Shown piece by piece: positions 1-10,762 of a stretch of 64,000 nt of DNA; within the stretch, counting starts at the first letter, position 1, and every line of letters starts with the position of its first letter. This stretch comes from Pseudomonadota bacterium (GTDB lineage: Bacteria; Pseudomonadota; Alphaproteobacteria; UBA2136; JASBTF01). The translations under genes and the position numbers were made by a program. The notes under the pieces were generated by a model. That model did no database searches, had not been told where the DNA came from, and saw only the letters and a program-made list of their open reading frames with translations. The DNA lies in assembly GCA_030148545.1 (NCBI GenBank), contig JASBTF010000002.1, positions 49,218-113,217 on the forward strand. The letters are read 5' to 3'.

Positions 1-1264
1 TTTACATGACCTATTAAGTAAACGTTTACATACTGAAGAAAAACAACGTCAGCTTAACCTTTACCAACAAGTAGAATTAAAGTTGTTGCCAGTAATGGCG
101 CAAATGGAATGGACCGGTATTGCGGTGGACCAAGGGGTGCTCAACACCCTTTCTCAAGACTTTGCAGAACGCATAACAGCCTTGGAAAAACAGGTTTTTG
201 AGTTGGCTGGTAAGGAATTTAATGTGAACTCCCCCGCACAGTTGGGTGTGGTGTTGTTTGATGAACTGGAACTAAGCGTTAAAGGTAAAAACAAGGCACG
301 CTCTACCAATGTGCAAGTGTTGGAAGAATTAGCCGAACAAGGCCACGAAATTGCGGCAAAGGTTATTGAATTCCGCCAATTGAGCAAGTTACGCTCCACC
401 TACACGGAAGCATTGGCCGGACAAATTAACAGCCAAACGCAGCGCGTACACACCAGTTTTAATGCTGCAGGGGCGGCAACCGGGCGTTTATCATCTTCTG
501 ACCCTAACTTACAGAACATTCCTATCCGTACCGAGGATGGGCGCAAAATTCGCCAAGCGTTTGTCGCTGCACCGGGGCATGTGTTGGTTAGCGCCGATTA
601 TTCACAAATTGAACTACGCTTGCTGGCACATTTTGCTGATGTAAAGCCATTGCAAGAAGCGTTTAAGCAAAATGCGGATATTCACAGTTTTACCGCAGCA
701 CAGGTATTTAATGTACCACGGGATGAAGTAACCAGCGACCAACGCCGCATGGCTAAGGTGGTGAATTATGGGTTACTATATGGCATGGGGCCGCTGAATT
801 TGGGCCGCCAACTAGGGTTAAAACGCGGGGAAGCACAGGACCTGATTGACCAATACTTTGAACGTATGCCGGGTGTGCGCCAATTTATGCAAGCACAGCA
901 GGAGTTTGCTCGCCAACACGGCTATGTACAAACTTTACTGGGGCGTCGGGTATATTTGCCTGATATTCACTCCAAACAGCCGCAATTTAAAGCTGGTGCT
1001 GAGCGGGCGGCGATTAACGCCCCATTGCAAGGTAGTAATGCTGATATTATTAAACTCGCCATGGTGGAGTTGATGCCTAAACTGGTAGGAACAGGTACAA
1101 AATTGCTATTACAGGTTCATGATGAACTCATATGTGAGGTGCCAGAAGAACAGCTTTCAGATATGCAAAAACTAATTGTGGATGCTATGGAAAATGTTGT
1201 GCAGCTTAGTGTTCCGCTAAAGGTAGATGCAGGCAGCGCCCCAGATTGGGATGCTGCCCATTAA
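1..1264 (+). CDS. polA: DNA polymerase I, C-terminal polymerase domain. The 5' end is cut by the window edge; the reading frame is open from nt 2.
   Basis: The upstream in-frame translation LHDLLSKRLHTEEKQRQLNLYQQVELKLLPVMAQMEWTGIAVD continues the ORF. Family A polymerase motifs are present (DYSQIELR, RRMAKVVNYGLLYG, QVHDELICEV). Confidence 0.93.
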   Translation, partial: LHDLLSKRLHTEEKQRQLNLYQQVELKLLPVMAQMEWTGIAVDQGVLNTLSQDFAERITALEKQVFELAGKEFNVNSPAQLGVVLFDELELSVKGKNKARSTNVQVLEELAEQGHEIAAKVIEFRQLSKLRSTYTEALAGQINSQTQRVHTSFNAAGAATGRLSSSDPNLQNIPIRTEDGRKIRQAFVAAPGHVLVSADYSQIELRLLAHFADVKPLQEAFKQNADIHSFTAAQVFNVPRDEVTSDQRRMAKVVNYGLLYGMGPLNLGRQLGLKRGEAQDLIDQYFERMPGVRQFMQAQQEFARQHGYVQTLLGRRVYLPDIHSKQPQFKAGAERAAINAPLQGSNADIIKLAMVELMPKLVGTGTKLLLQVHDELICEVPEEQLSDMQKLIVDAMENVVQLSVPLKVDAGSAPDWDAAH

Positions 1265-1277
1265 TGTATTTATGGGG

Positions 1278-1910
1278 TTATGCTGCCATTTTTTCGCGTG
1301 AATCGAGCATAAGCAGGTGAGCTTGTACCAAGTGTGACAACACATCGTGTTGTTGCGGGTGGTAAAAATGTTGGGTGATCTGCACAATAAGCGTTTCGTC
1401 GTCTTGTTGATCTTTGTCCTTATAGGGGTGTAGCGGGTTACCTTCTGGAATTTCGTTATAAATCACAATACCAGGGTTGCGTTTTACCAATTCATCATAC
1501 ACGACCATGCGCGCGGTATTGTATTCTTCCATAAAACGCCCACGCACCATAATGGCGGCATGGTTGTTTGTGGCGTGCATGGTGTCATTCTCCGACATTT
1601 TTTGTAGTGCTTTTGCAACAAAGTAGCTTTTAATCGTCAAACTAAGCAGTGTGGTCGAGGCAATGAGAATCCCACCCATCTCTTGTGGTGGTAGGTTAAT
1701 CATCAGCATATCTGTCATTTCAGCGGCATCTTCTTCGGCAATACGCAGAATATCAATGGCGCGTTCCAGTGCTTGAGCATTAAGCGGGTGACGCATGTTT
1801 TGGTGTGAGCGGTTAAGCGTTTTCATGAGCTTGTCCAATATGTTAACTATATCTCTACCCCTTTTGGGATACGTACCCTTATATATACACGCACAGATTG
1901 TTCCTGACAC
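1278..1910 (-). CDS. Hypothetical protein (210 aa as drawn, GTG start; the real start may be an internal ATG). Divergent from the sensor kinase.
   Basis: Long ORF convergent with polA. No recognisable motif. No H-NOX YxSxR motif was found. Confidence 0.45.
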   Translation of the reverse strand: MSGTICACIYKGTYPKRGRDIVNILDKLMKTLNRSHQNMRHPLNAQALERAIDILRIAEEDAAEMTDMLMINLPPQEMGGILIASTTLLSLTIKSYFVAKALQKMSENDTMHATNNHAAIMVRGRFMEEYNTARMVVYDELVKRNPGIVIYNEIPEGNPLHPYKDKDQQDDETLIVQITQHFYHPQQHDVLSHLVQAHLLMLDSREKMAA

Positions 1911-1964
1911 CTGACAGGTGATAAAAACTTTGCATACTGTGGTTAATTTATCTACGCTCCTAAT

Positions 1965-3362
1965 ATGCCAAAAACAAAAGCTTCTTTCGTACGTAGCCGC
2001 TATATTTTGGGGCTAAGTATTATTGGTTTTTTAATGCTGACATTTTTTAGTGTGGTGCAATTTTCCCTCGCCCAGCAGGAAGGTGTATCGGCTGTAATTA
2101 ATATGAGTGGTCGCCAGCGCATGCTATCGCAGCGTACCGTTATGCTGGTTGAGGAATATATTAACACGCGGTCACCTATGGTTCATGAGTTGGCTGTAGA
2201 ATCTATTGATTTATTTGAGTTTTCTCACCAAACTTTGCTAAATGGAAACAAAGACGTAGGTGTTAAAAAAATTAATACACCAGCGTTGCAAGAATTATAT
2301 TTTGGTGAAGAAAAACAGCTGGATAAGCGTGTTAGCCAGCAAATAGTTTTGTTGCGTCAGCTACTAACTGAATTAGAAGCACCTCAGCAAAAAGAACTGC
2401 TAAAACGTGTTTTGGCTGAAGCTCATGAACCTCTTTTGCGTGATTTAAACCAAGCGGTAACTTATTATCAAGAATATAGCGATGGATCTCTTGAAAAGCT
2501 GAAATGGCTAGAGCTTGGTATTTTGTTGGCCATGATGTCAGCTTTGATTTTGGAGGTTTTATATATTTTCCGCCCTATGGAACGGCAAATTATACAAAAC
2601 CAAGCTGAAATTGAGCTACAGAAAGAAGAGTTAGAAGTTGCGTATTTACAAGCTAAGAAGTCAGAAGAGTTGAAGAGCCAGTTTTTGGATAACATTAACC
2701 ATGAATACCGTACACCGCTAAACGCTATTATTGGCTTTAGCCAAACTTTGCAGGATTTGCCGGATATTCAGCCCGCTTATAAAAACTTTGCTGGGCTTAT
2801 CTATAAAGCTGGGCAGGACCTTATGTTCCTGATGGAGAATATTTTGCAATTCTCCAAATTACAAAACAACCAGCGCACGCTTAAAAAAGCAGACCCTATT
2901 ATGCTTAACGCATTGGTGTATGACCTAAGAGCTAAATATAAAGACCTAGCGGCAGAAAAAGGGTTAGAACTTGATATTGCCATTAATGAAGAGTTGGAAA
3001 CACCACGTCTTACCAATGCACTGTTATTGCGCCAAATATTGGTAAACCTGTTGGATAATGCGGTTAAGTTTACCAACGAAGGTAAAGTGTCCTTTGTGAT
3101 GCAAGGTGGTAGCAATAGTAAGGACATACAGTTTTTGGTGACCGATACAGGTGCTGGCATACCACCTGACCAAAAGAAAAACCTGTTCCAAGAGTTTAAA
3201 CAAGGTGATGGCACTATGCGCCGCCAACATGGTGGTCTTGGTTTGGGGCTATCACTTGTATCGCGCATTGTAAGCGTGCTTGATGGTACGGTAGATTGTA
3301 CAGATAATGCCCCACAAGGTACTATTGTTACGGTAACCTTGCCGATGCCAAAAGCAGAATAA
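1965..3362 (+). CDS. Sensor histidine kinase with a periplasmic PilJ/NarX-type four-helix sensor. There is no HAMP domain, no receiver domain and no adjacent response regulator.
   Basis: Two TM segments flank a periplasmic domain carrying NMSGRQRMLSQRT (the NarX P-box / PilJ-like signature). The HisKA H-box is NINHEYRTPLNAIIGFSQTL. The HATPase_c motifs are LLDNAVKFT and DTGAGIP...GGLGLGLSL. Confidence 0.85.
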   Translation: MPKTKASFVRSRYILGLSIIGFLMLTFFSVVQFSLAQQEGVSAVINMSGRQRMLSQRTVMLVEEYINTRSPMVHELAVESIDLFEFSHQTLLNGNKDVGVKKINTPALQELYFGEEKQLDKRVSQQIVLLRQLLTELEAPQQKELLKRVLAEAHEPLLRDLNQAVTYYQEYSDGSLEKLKWLELGILLAMMSALILEVLYIFRPMERQIIQNQAEIELQKEELEVAYLQAKKSEELKSQFLDNINHEYRTPLNAIIGFSQTLQDLPDIQPAYKNFAGLIYKAGQDLMFLMENILQFSKLQNNQRTLKKADPIMLNALVYDLRAKYKDLAAEKGLELDIAINEELETPRLTNALLLRQILVNLLDNAVKFTNEGKVSFVMQGGSNSKDIQFLVTDTGAGIPPDQKKNLFQEFKQGDGTMRRQHGGLGLGLSLVSRIVSVLDGTVDCTDNAPQGTIVTVTLPMPKAE

Positions 3363-3380
3363 TTTCAAGAGAGTAGACCA

Positions 3381-3752
3381 ATGGATATTCAACAAGATAT
3401 TGCACAAAACCCCACCATTTTTGGGAAGATTCTGCGTGGCGAAATTCCAAACAATACGGTGTATGAAGATGACCGTGTATTAGCATTTCATGATATTGCG
3501 CCAAAAGCCAAGGTGCATGTGGTTGTTATTCCTAAACTTAACTTTGCCTCCAACATTGGGGAGGTAACAGAAGAACACAAAGAATATTTAGGGTATCTTC
3601 TTGTTAAAATTAATGAAATCTCAGAAAAACTAGGTGTTATTGGGGGTGGTTTTCGGGTGCTAACCAACAGTGGGCCAAACAGTGGTCAAGAAGTACCCCA
3701 CCTCCATTTTCATATTTTGGGTGGAGAGCCTCTTGCTGGTGTAAACGGCTAG
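3381..3752 (+). CDS. HIT-family (histidine triad) nucleotide-binding protein
   Basis: HLHFHILGG histidine triad. 123 aa, HinT-like. Confidence 0.85.
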   Translation: MDIQQDIAQNPTIFGKILRGEIPNNTVYEDDRVLAFHDIAPKAKVHVVVIPKLNFASNIGEVTEEHKEYLGYLLVKINEISEKLGVIGGGFRVLTNSGPNSGQEVPHLHFHILGGEPLAGVNG

Positions 3753-3859
3753 TACTTAGCTGTCCGATTCCCCTTGATTTATAGGCGCTTATTGTCTACA
3801 TATCCCTGTGGATAACTTTGTGATGTGTACAGAGTTACACGTGAAACTGAAGTAGAGCT

Positions 3860-5737
3860 TTGAAAATGCAGGTAAACGAAACCTTTGATGTGATTATTAT
3901 TGGTGGTGGCCACGCCGGGAGTGAGGCTGCGGCAGCTTCTGCACGTTTGGGTGCCAACACCCTGCTGGTAACAGGTAACTTGGATACCATTGGCCAAATG
4001 AGCTGTAACCCTGCTATTGGTGGGTTGGCTAAAGGTCACCTAGTGCGCGAGATTGATGCGCTAGACGGTATTATGGGCCGTATGACTGACAAAGCTGGTT
4101 TGCAGTTCCGTATGCTGAATGCCAGTAAGGGCCCTGCAGTGCGTGGGCCACGTGCTCAGGCCGACCGCAAGCTGTACCGCGAAGCTGTGCAGGAAGAGCT
4201 CTTCAACACACCTCGCCTCACTATTAAGCAAGCCACAGTAGAAGATGTACTGCTAGATGAAAATGGTGCCGTAAAGGCAGTGGTAACAGGTGCGGGTTGG
4301 GTGTTTGGTGCCAAGGCTGTGGTGGTTACAACAGGTACTTTCCTACGTGGGTTAATCCACATTGGTAATAGTAAGGAGTCAGCCGGTCGTGCTGGTGAGC
4401 CAGCGGCAACAGGCCTTAGTGCTACGTTTGAAAAACTGAACTTTAAACTGGGTCGCCTAAAAACAGGCACACCACCACGCTTGGATACCCGTACTATTGA
4501 TTATAGCAAGCTAGAGGTACAGGATGGCGATACCCCAGCGCTGCCGTTCTCGTTTTTGAGTGAGGGTATTGGGCGCGAACAAATACCTTGCCACATTACC
4601 TATACCAACCCAGCCACGCATGAGGTGATTCGTAACAATTTAGACAAGGCCCCTATGTATAGTGGCCAAATTGAAGGTACTGGCCCGCGCTATTGTCCTT
4701 CTATTGAAGATAAGGTGGTGCGCTTTGCTGATAAGGAGCGTCACCAGGTGTTTTTGGAGCCAGAAGGGTACGATAGTCTTGAGGTGTACCCTAACGGGAT
4801 TTCAACCAGTTTGCCGATTGAGGTTCAGCAACAGATTGTGAATAGCATAGAAGGGCTCGAAAACGCGCAGATTTTACGCCCTGGTTATGCCATTGAGTAT
4901 GACTATATCGATCCAACTGAGCTAACTCATACCTTAGAAACCAAAAAGATTCCTCAGCTGTTCCTCGCTGGTCAAATTAATGGCACCACCGGGTATGAAG
5001 AAGCGGCAGCACAGGGGTTAGTAGCTGGTTTGAATGCCGCGCTGAAAGTTGCTGGTAAGCCAAAATTCACGCTAGACCGCGCCGAAGCCTACATTGGTGT
5101 ACTGGTAGATGATTTGGTCACTAAAGGCACTAGCGAGCCTTACCGTATGTTTACTAGTCGTGCTGAGTACCGTTTGCTACTACGCGCGGATAATGCAGAC
5201 CTGCGCCTCACCGCTAAGGGGTTAGAAGTAGGTTGTATTGGTGACGTACGCCAACAAGCGTTTAATAGTAAGCTAGAACAACTTCAGCAGGCACAGCAGT
5301 TGGCCCAAACCACCAAGGTAAAAGCTAGTGATGCGTTGGCGGATGAGATTCGTGCGGTATCAGGCGGTATGAAGGAAACATTAAGTGTGTTTGAGCTACT
5401 TAAGCGCCCGCAGCTAGACTGGAAATGGCTTACTGAACACCTGCCTGAGCTACAAACTGTAACAGCCGAAGTAGCCGAGCAAATTGAGATTGAAGCGCAT
5501 TATGATGGGTATTTAAGCCGCCAACAGGCCGATGCTGCGCAAATGCGTTTAGATGAAGCAATGGAAATTCCAACTACAACAGATTTTGATGCCATTGCCG
5601 GTCTCTCTAACGAGGTGCGTGAAAAATTAAAGCGTTTCACACCTGCTACTTTAGGTGCTGCAGGTCGTATTAGTGGTATTACCCCAGCTGCATTAACCAC
5701 ATTGTGGCTACATATCCGTAAAAACAGCAGTTTATAG
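3860..5737 (+). CDS. mnmG: tRNA uridine 5-carboxymethylaminomethyl modification enzyme MnmG (GidA)
   Basis: [19 protein letters not shown]-binding N-terminus. 625 aa with conserved GidA architecture. Followed by rsmG-parA-parB. Confidence 0.95.
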   Translation: MKMQVNETFDVIIIGGGHAGSEAAAASARLGANTLLVTGNLDTIGQMSCNPAIGGLAKGHLVREIDALDGIMGRMTDKAGLQFRMLNASKGPAVRGPRAQADRKLYREAVQEELFNTPRLTIKQATVEDVLLDENGAVKAVVTGAGWVFGAKAVVVTTGTFLRGLIHIGNSKESAGRAGEPAATGLSATFEKLNFKLGRLKTGTPPRLDTRTIDYSKLEVQDGDTPALPFSFLSEGIGREQIPCHITYTNPATHEVIRNNLDKAPMYSGQIEGTGPRYCPSIEDKVVRFADKERHQVFLEPEGYDSLEVYPNGISTSLPIEVQQQIVNSIEGLENAQILRPGYAIEYDYIDPTELTHTLETKKIPQLFLAGQINGTTGYEEAAAQGLVAGLNAALKVAGKPKFTLDRAEAYIGVLVDDLVTKGTSEPYRMFTSRAEYRLLLRADNADLRLTAKGLEVGCIGDVRQQAFNSKLEQLQQAQQLAQTTKVKASDALADEIRAVSGGMKETLSVFELLKRPQLDWKWLTEHLPELQTVTAEVAEQIEIEAHYDGYLSRQQADAAQMRLDEAMEIPTTTDFDAIAGLSNEVREKLKRFTPATLGAAGRISGITPAALTTLWLHIRKNSSL

Positions 5738-6025
5738 GGAAGAACCAACCTTTGCCCTATTTCGCATACGCGCAGGAGAGTGAAAAAGATGAGAAATTTA
5801 GTTTTGAAGAAGACGCATAGTTTACCCTACGGGGCTGATGAAAAAGTGAATTTATCGCTTTTTCAACTCCTGTCCGTAGGATGGCGGCTAAATCGGCGTT
5901 TGGTTGGGTTATGGCTCAATCAAGTGGGATCCACCACAATCAATCGCCAAAACACCAACCAATCACTGCGTTACGCCGATTTTCCCGGCCACGCGTGCGT
6001 GAAATAGGATAAAGGTTGGTTCTAT

Positions 6026-6631
6026 ATGATTGATTCTCTACAGCCACAGTTGGCTCAGCTTGGTATTGAATTAACTGATACGCATAAAGAGCAATTACAG
6101 CACTATGTAAAATTGCTAATAAAATGGAATAAGGCGTTTAATTTAATTGGTAAAGACACAGAACAGCAAATTTATTTACGCCATATTTTAGATAGTCTCC
6201 AATTATTACCTCATATTCAGAATAGTAAAACGGTAGTAGATGTTGGTAGTGGTGCTGGTATTCCTGGTATTCCACTTGCTATTTGCTTGGCACCACAAAG
6301 TGTGGTGCTGGTTGAGCCTCGTCAAAACCGGGTAGAGTTTTTAAAAACAGTTAAGCGTGAGTTAAACTTAATTAATTGCGATATTAAAAAAGATTTAATT
6401 CAGAATATCCCATTAGAAAACAATACAGATTACCTAGTAACTGCGCGCGCAGTTAAAAAAGTGGATCAAATTTTAGACTGGGTAAAACCTAATAAAAACA
6501 TCAACTACTTACTCCTAAAAGGTAAAACTTACCAAAAAGAGTTAAAGCAAATTGCTAGTAAATATAGCGTGACAATTAAAGATAGCGCGAGTATAACAAA
6601 TCCAGAGGCACGAATTATCGCTTTGCAATAG
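6026..6631 (+). CDS. rsmG: 16S rRNA m7G methyltransferase RsmG (GidB)
   Basis: VVDVGSGAGIPGIPLAI SAM-binding motif. Synteny with mnmG. Confidence 0.9.
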   Translation: MIDSLQPQLAQLGIELTDTHKEQLQHYVKLLIKWNKAFNLIGKDTEQQIYLRHILDSLQLLPHIQNSKTVVDVGSGAGIPGIPLAICLAPQSVVLVEPRQNRVEFLKTVKRELNLINCDIKKDLIQNIPLENNTDYLVTARAVKKVDQILDWVKPNKNINYLLLKGKTYQKELKQIASKYSVTIKDSASITNPEARIIALQ

Positions 6632-6667
6632 TTCGTTCCACATGAAACAAACAAAATGGATTGAGTT

Positions 6668-7453
6668 ATGACGCGGATTATCGCGCTTTCTAATCAAAAA
6701 GGTGGTGTTGGGAAGACAACAACAACGGTAAACCTCTCTACCGCACTTGCAGCGTGTGGTCATAAGGTGTTGGTGGTGGATTTTGACCCGCAAGGAAACA
6801 CAACAACCGCTTTTGGTGTAGATAAGTTTGACTGCGATCGCAGTGTTTACGATGTAATGGTGAATGAGTCTCCTGTAATGGAGTGTAAAGTGGCGACATC
6901 TATCCCTGGGTTAGATGTATTACCTTCTACCATTCACCTTTCAGGTGCTGAGGTCGAGATGGTGAGCATGATCTCTCGCGAATCGCGCCTGAAACAAGCT
7001 TTAGACGCTGTGATGGATGAATATGACTTCATCTTTATTGATTGCCCACCTTCTCTTGGGTTGCTCACGGTAAATGCTCTGGTGGCCGCTAAAGAGGTGA
7101 TGGTGCCGATGCAGTGTGAGTTTTACGCTATGGAAGGTTTAACGCAGTTATTGCAAACTATTTCTATCGTACGCAAACAACTCAACCCAGAGTTGCAGAT
7201 ACTTGGTGTGCTGATGACAATGTACGATAAGCGTAACCGTCTTTCTCAACAGGTGATGGAAGATGTGCGTGCGCACTTAGGTGCTCAAGTTATGCGCACG
7301 GTGATTCCACGTAATGTGCGTTTGTCAGAAGCGCCGAGTCATGGTCGCCCAGGGTTGTTGTATGACCGTAATTGTGCGGGTAGTCAGGCTTACATTGGTT
7401 TGGCAGCAGAAGTGATGAAAAAAGATATGGCGAGTAAGGAGTTGGCAGCATGA
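6668..7453 (+). CDS. parA: Chromosome partitioning ATPase ParA (Soj)
   Basis: KGGVGKTTTTVNL deviant Walker A. 261 aa. Overlaps the parB start by 4 nt. Confidence 0.93.
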   Translation: MTRIIALSNQKGGVGKTTTTVNLSTALAACGHKVLVVDFDPQGNTTTAFGVDKFDCDRSVYDVMVNESPVMECKVATSIPGLDVLPSTIHLSGAEVEMVSMISRESRLKQALDAVMDEYDFIFIDCPPSLGLLTVNALVAAKEVMVPMQCEFYAMEGLTQLLQTISIVRKQLNPELQILGVLMTMYDKRNRLSQQVMEDVRAHLGAQVMRTVIPRNVRLSEAPSHGRPGLLYDRNCAGSQAYIGLAAEVMKKDMASKELAA

Positions 7454-8346
7454 GTGCCGCGCAATCAAACAAAGGTTTAGGTAAAGGGTTGGATGCACTA
7501 TTGGGTGGTGCGGCCGCTGTGGTAGCAGAAGAGCAAGATGTTGCAGTAACAGAAACTCAGTTGGATGTAGAGCAGCTACAGCCTTCTGATGTGCAGCCTC
7601 GCCGTGTTTTTGATGAAGAAAACCTAGCAGCACTTGCGGAATCTATCCGTTCACAAGGGGTTTTACAGCCATTGCTAGTGCGTTTGGTTCAGGGTGAAAC
7701 CGACAAATACGAGATTATTGCTGGTGAACGCCGTTGGCGCGCTTCTCAACGAGCTGGTCTTACCAAGGTGCCAGTGATTATTCGTGAGTTCACAGACGCC
7801 AAGGCGTTAGAGGTTGCATTGGTAGAAAATGTGCAACGTGCAGACCTTAATCCTATCGATGAAGCGGCTGGATATCTACGATTAGTTAATGAATTTGACT
7901 ATACACACGAAGAAATGGCACGTGTGACCGGTAAAAGTCGCAGTCACATTACAAATTTACTACGTTTACTGGCGTTGCCTGATAAGATCAAAGAAGCTGT
8001 AAGTAATAATTTACTTACAATGGGTCATGCGCGCGCTCTGCTTGGTTTAACTGATGATACGCAAACACAACTTCGCGCAGCACAGCAAGTGATAAAAAAT
8101 CGCCTTTCTGTACGCGAAACTGAAGAATTAGTACGACGCCTGACATCGGGTGAAAAATCTCGTCGTGGTCGCAAGCCGAAAGATCCTCAGCTGTCACGCC
8201 AGCAGGAGTATTTGAACACTAAGCTTGGTATGCAGGTACATTTGAAAAAATCGGCACATGGTGAAATTGAATTTAAGCTCACTTGTACCGATGCAAAAGC
8301 TTTTGAAGGGTTTGTTGAGAAGTTGAATCTTTCTCTACCTGAATAG
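7450..8346 (+). CDS. parB: Chromosome partitioning protein ParB (Spo0J)
   Basis: The KGLGKGLDALL N-terminus and the GERRWRA motif of the ParB box are present. Confidence 0.93.
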   Translation: MSAAQSNKGLGKGLDALLGGAAAVVAEEQDVAVTETQLDVEQLQPSDVQPRRVFDEENLAALAESIRSQGVLQPLLVRLVQGETDKYEIIAGERRWRASQRAGLTKVPVIIREFTDAKALEVALVENVQRADLNPIDEAAGYLRLVNEFDYTHEEMARVTGKSRSHITNLLRLLALPDKIKEAVSNNLLTMGHARALLGLTDDTQTQLRAAQQVIKNRLSVRETEELVRRLTSGEKSRRGRKPKDPQLSRQQEYLNTKLGMQVHLKKSAHGEIEFKLTCTDAKAFEGFVEKLNLSLPE

Positions 8347-8371
8347 TCATTCGAGGAGCGTTACATATATA

Positions 8372-8410
8372 AAGCTGTAGCCTATGGGTTGCAGCTTTTG
8401 TTTTTTGTTG
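8372..8410 (+). terminator. Rho-independent terminator after parB
   Basis: The hairpin agctgtagcc/ggttgcagct (with G-U pairs) is followed by tttgttttttgtt. Confidence 0.6.
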
Positions 8411-8839
8411 GTGCAGCTATAAGTATCTCTAATAAATTTTGACTATAGATAGTTATGCAGCGCTAGGTTGGTTAGGTAGAAGGGTAAATAAAATCTAAGG
8501 CTACGGTTATACTGGCTACGTATCCTAATAAGATTGGGTTGTATGAAAAGTGTGGGTTTCAGCAGGTTGGGTGGGATCACGCAGGTGGATCTTTCATGAT
8601 TAAGCATATTAAGTTGAATACAAACGCGTGACAGTTGTGACACACCCCCTTAGCTGATTGATTAAAAATTATGCAGTGCCACTTGTATGGCATGTGCGGG
8701 CGCTTTAATTTCAGCCTCGACGTGAAAGCGTCTCGCTCATGGAAAGAGTGCGCCACGTTGAGGTTGGTTTTGCTAACCAAAGCGAAACGCACAAATGAAA
8801 AACAAGTAAAAGTGCTTTAACGCACTGGGAGATATAAAA

Positions 8840-10030
8840 ATGAAAAAAGCTCTGATGGCTTCTACCGCACTGGTTGCTGCAGGCTTCATCGCTGCGGATG
8901 CTGCCGCTGTTGATGTTGAACTGTACGGTCAGGTAAACAAAGCCTTTGTTGCATATGACGATGGTCAAGTTACTGATAGCGCTGTTGTAGATAACGATGT
9001 TGCTTCTACACGCTTCGGTTTCATGGGTTCACAAGCCCTAGATAACGGTTTGACCGCTTCTGTACTGATGGAACTAGAGTTGCAAAGCAACCCTTCTAAC
9101 AACCTAGTACAGTCTAACACTGCTAACCAATCTAGCGCTGCTGCTAGCACTAACGGTGCTAACGTACGTGACCGTCAAAGCCGTGTTGGCTTGGCAGGTG
9201 ACTGGGGTGCTGTATTCCTAGGTCGTCAATCTACTGCTACCGATGGTACTGCAGAAGCTGACCTAGCTGGTGTTAAAAACCTAATGAACTCTGACGCTTC
9301 TGAAATCGGCGGCGACCTACTGTTCACCAACAAGTCTGTAACTCGTAACGCTGCTGGCGGCGATGTTTACACTGGTGCTAACGGTTCTTTGGCTGACCTA
9401 GACAGTGGTGCTGGCCAACTGAACGTTACTGTTGACCAAGGTCAAGCTGAACTGAACATGGACGGCCAAGGCATCCAAGATGCTATCCGTTACGACAGCC
9501 CAATCTTCAATGGCTTCCAAGGTCGCGTTTCTGTGGCTCAAGGTGGTGACGTTGATGCTGGTGTATTCTACAACGGTAAGTACGACGCTTACGCGATTAA
9601 AGGTGCTCTAGGTTACGTACGTTACAACGACGCTGCTACAGCTGCTAACGACATTGTTGAAAGCCAGCTGAGTGCTTCTGTTTCTGTTAAGCACGACAGT
9701 GGTATTGCTGGTACCGTTGCTTACGGTAAGCGCAGCCTAGACAACAAGTCTACTGGTGTTGAAGACCCAGACTTCATGTACTTGAAAGCTGGTTACGCTT
9801 GGGACGCGTTTGAAGTTGCTGCTGACTACGGTAACTACAGCGACTACATCACCACACAAACTGCAGACCACGAGCTAAAAGCTATGGGTCTGGGTGCTCA
9901 GTACAACCTGGGTAATGGTGTGAGTGTTGCTGGTGTGTACCGCAGCTTCGGTTTCGAAATCGACAGCGCTACCCTGGACAATGCTGATGACATCAGCCTG
10001 TACGCTCTGAACCTCCGCGTGAAGTTCTAA
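8840..10030 (+). CDS. Outer-membrane porin-like beta-barrel protein
   Basis: Signal peptide MKKALMASTALVAAGFIAADAAA. Gly/Asp/Asn/Ala-rich with alternating beta-strand character and a C-terminal ...NLRVKF aromatic terminus. Strong SD. Long 5' leader. Confidence 0.75.
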   Translation: MKKALMASTALVAAGFIAADAAAVDVELYGQVNKAFVAYDDGQVTDSAVVDNDVASTRFGFMGSQALDNGLTASVLMELELQSNPSNNLVQSNTANQSSAAASTNGANVRDRQSRVGLAGDWGAVFLGRQSTATDGTAEADLAGVKNLMNSDASEIGGDLLFTNKSVTRNAAGGDVYTGANGSLADLDSGAGQLNVTVDQGQAELNMDGQGIQDAIRYDSPIFNGFQGRVSVAQGGDVDAGVFYNGKYDAYAIKGALGYVRYNDAATAANDIVESQLSASVSVKHDSGIAGTVAYGKRSLDNKSTGVEDPDFMYLKAGYAWDAFEVAADYGNYSDYITTQTADHELKAMGLGAQYNLGNGVSVAGVYRSFGFEIDSATLDNADDISLYALNLRVKF

Positions 10031-10049
10031 GCTACTGCTTAGTCTAGAC

Positions 10050-10080
10050 AAAAGGCGCCTTCGGGCGCCTTTTACTTTTA
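10050..10080 (+). terminator. Rho-independent terminator after the porin gene
   Basis: aaaggcgcc-ttcg-ggcgccttt hairpin followed by tactttta. Confidence 0.75.
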
Positions 10081-10164
10081 TACCTATAGAGCAGCGCGTT
10101 GTGGACAGATGCACACATCTTCCTTAAGATGCACTCCTGAACGAGATGAAGAGAAAGTAGATCG

Positions 10165-10674
10165 ATGAAATTTATTCCTGTACTAGCCACCACCGCTTTG
10201 GCGCTTACTGTAGCGGCTTGTAGTGGCAAAACCGAGGCTCCAGAAGCTAACCCCCGCCCAGCGGATGCTCCTCAAGGCGAAGGCTTGTTTAGCGGCGCTT
10301 CAGGCAATTTGTTGAGTTTTGGTAAGGCAGCACAAGAAGCGGGTATTCGTTTGAGCGTAAATGGCTACTTGTGGCGTGCCAGCTTAGAAACCATTAGCTT
10401 TATGCCGTTGGCAGAGGTGGATTCTACCGGTGGTGTTGTTACAACCGATTGGTATGTGGACGAGAAAAAGCCAAACGAGCGCGTGCGTGTGAATGTTCTT
10501 GTTTTGGGGACTACACTGCACCCTACTTCATTGAAGGTAAACGTGTTTAAGCAGATGAAAACAGCAAGTGGTTGGGGTGTGGAACAATCTCAGTCAAACG
10601 TTTCACGCCAGCTAGAAGATGCTATTTTAACAGCTGCGCGTGATTTACGTGCTGCTGATGCTGCCGCCCGCTAA
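10165..10674 (+). CDS. Lipoprotein of unknown function
   Basis: Lipobox LTVAAC at the end of the signal peptide. 169 aa. Sits upstream of leuS. Confidence 0.65.
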   Translation: MKFIPVLATTALALTVAACSGKTEAPEANPRPADAPQGEGLFSGASGNLLSFGKAAQEAGIRLSVNGYLWRASLETISFMPLAEVDSTGGVVTTDWYVDEKKPNERVRVNVLVLGTTLHPTSLKVNVFKQMKTASGWGVEQSQSNVSRQLEDAILTAARDLRAADAAAR

Positions 10675-10762
10675 TTTTAAAGATAGGCAGGCTCACCAAC
10701 CGCTTTGGGCACCTGCCCCTGCGCCAAGCTTTGATGAATAGATTAATTGAGATAATAAACCA

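Noticed and set aside
1278-1910. Possible H-NOX/heme sensor partner of the histidine kinase
   Set aside because: No YxSxR motif or proximal-His context could be found. Left as hypothetical.
5780-6007. 75-aa ORF between mnmG and rsmG
   Set aside because: Low-complexity translation. It occupies the normal short mnmG-rsmG spacer. No SD.
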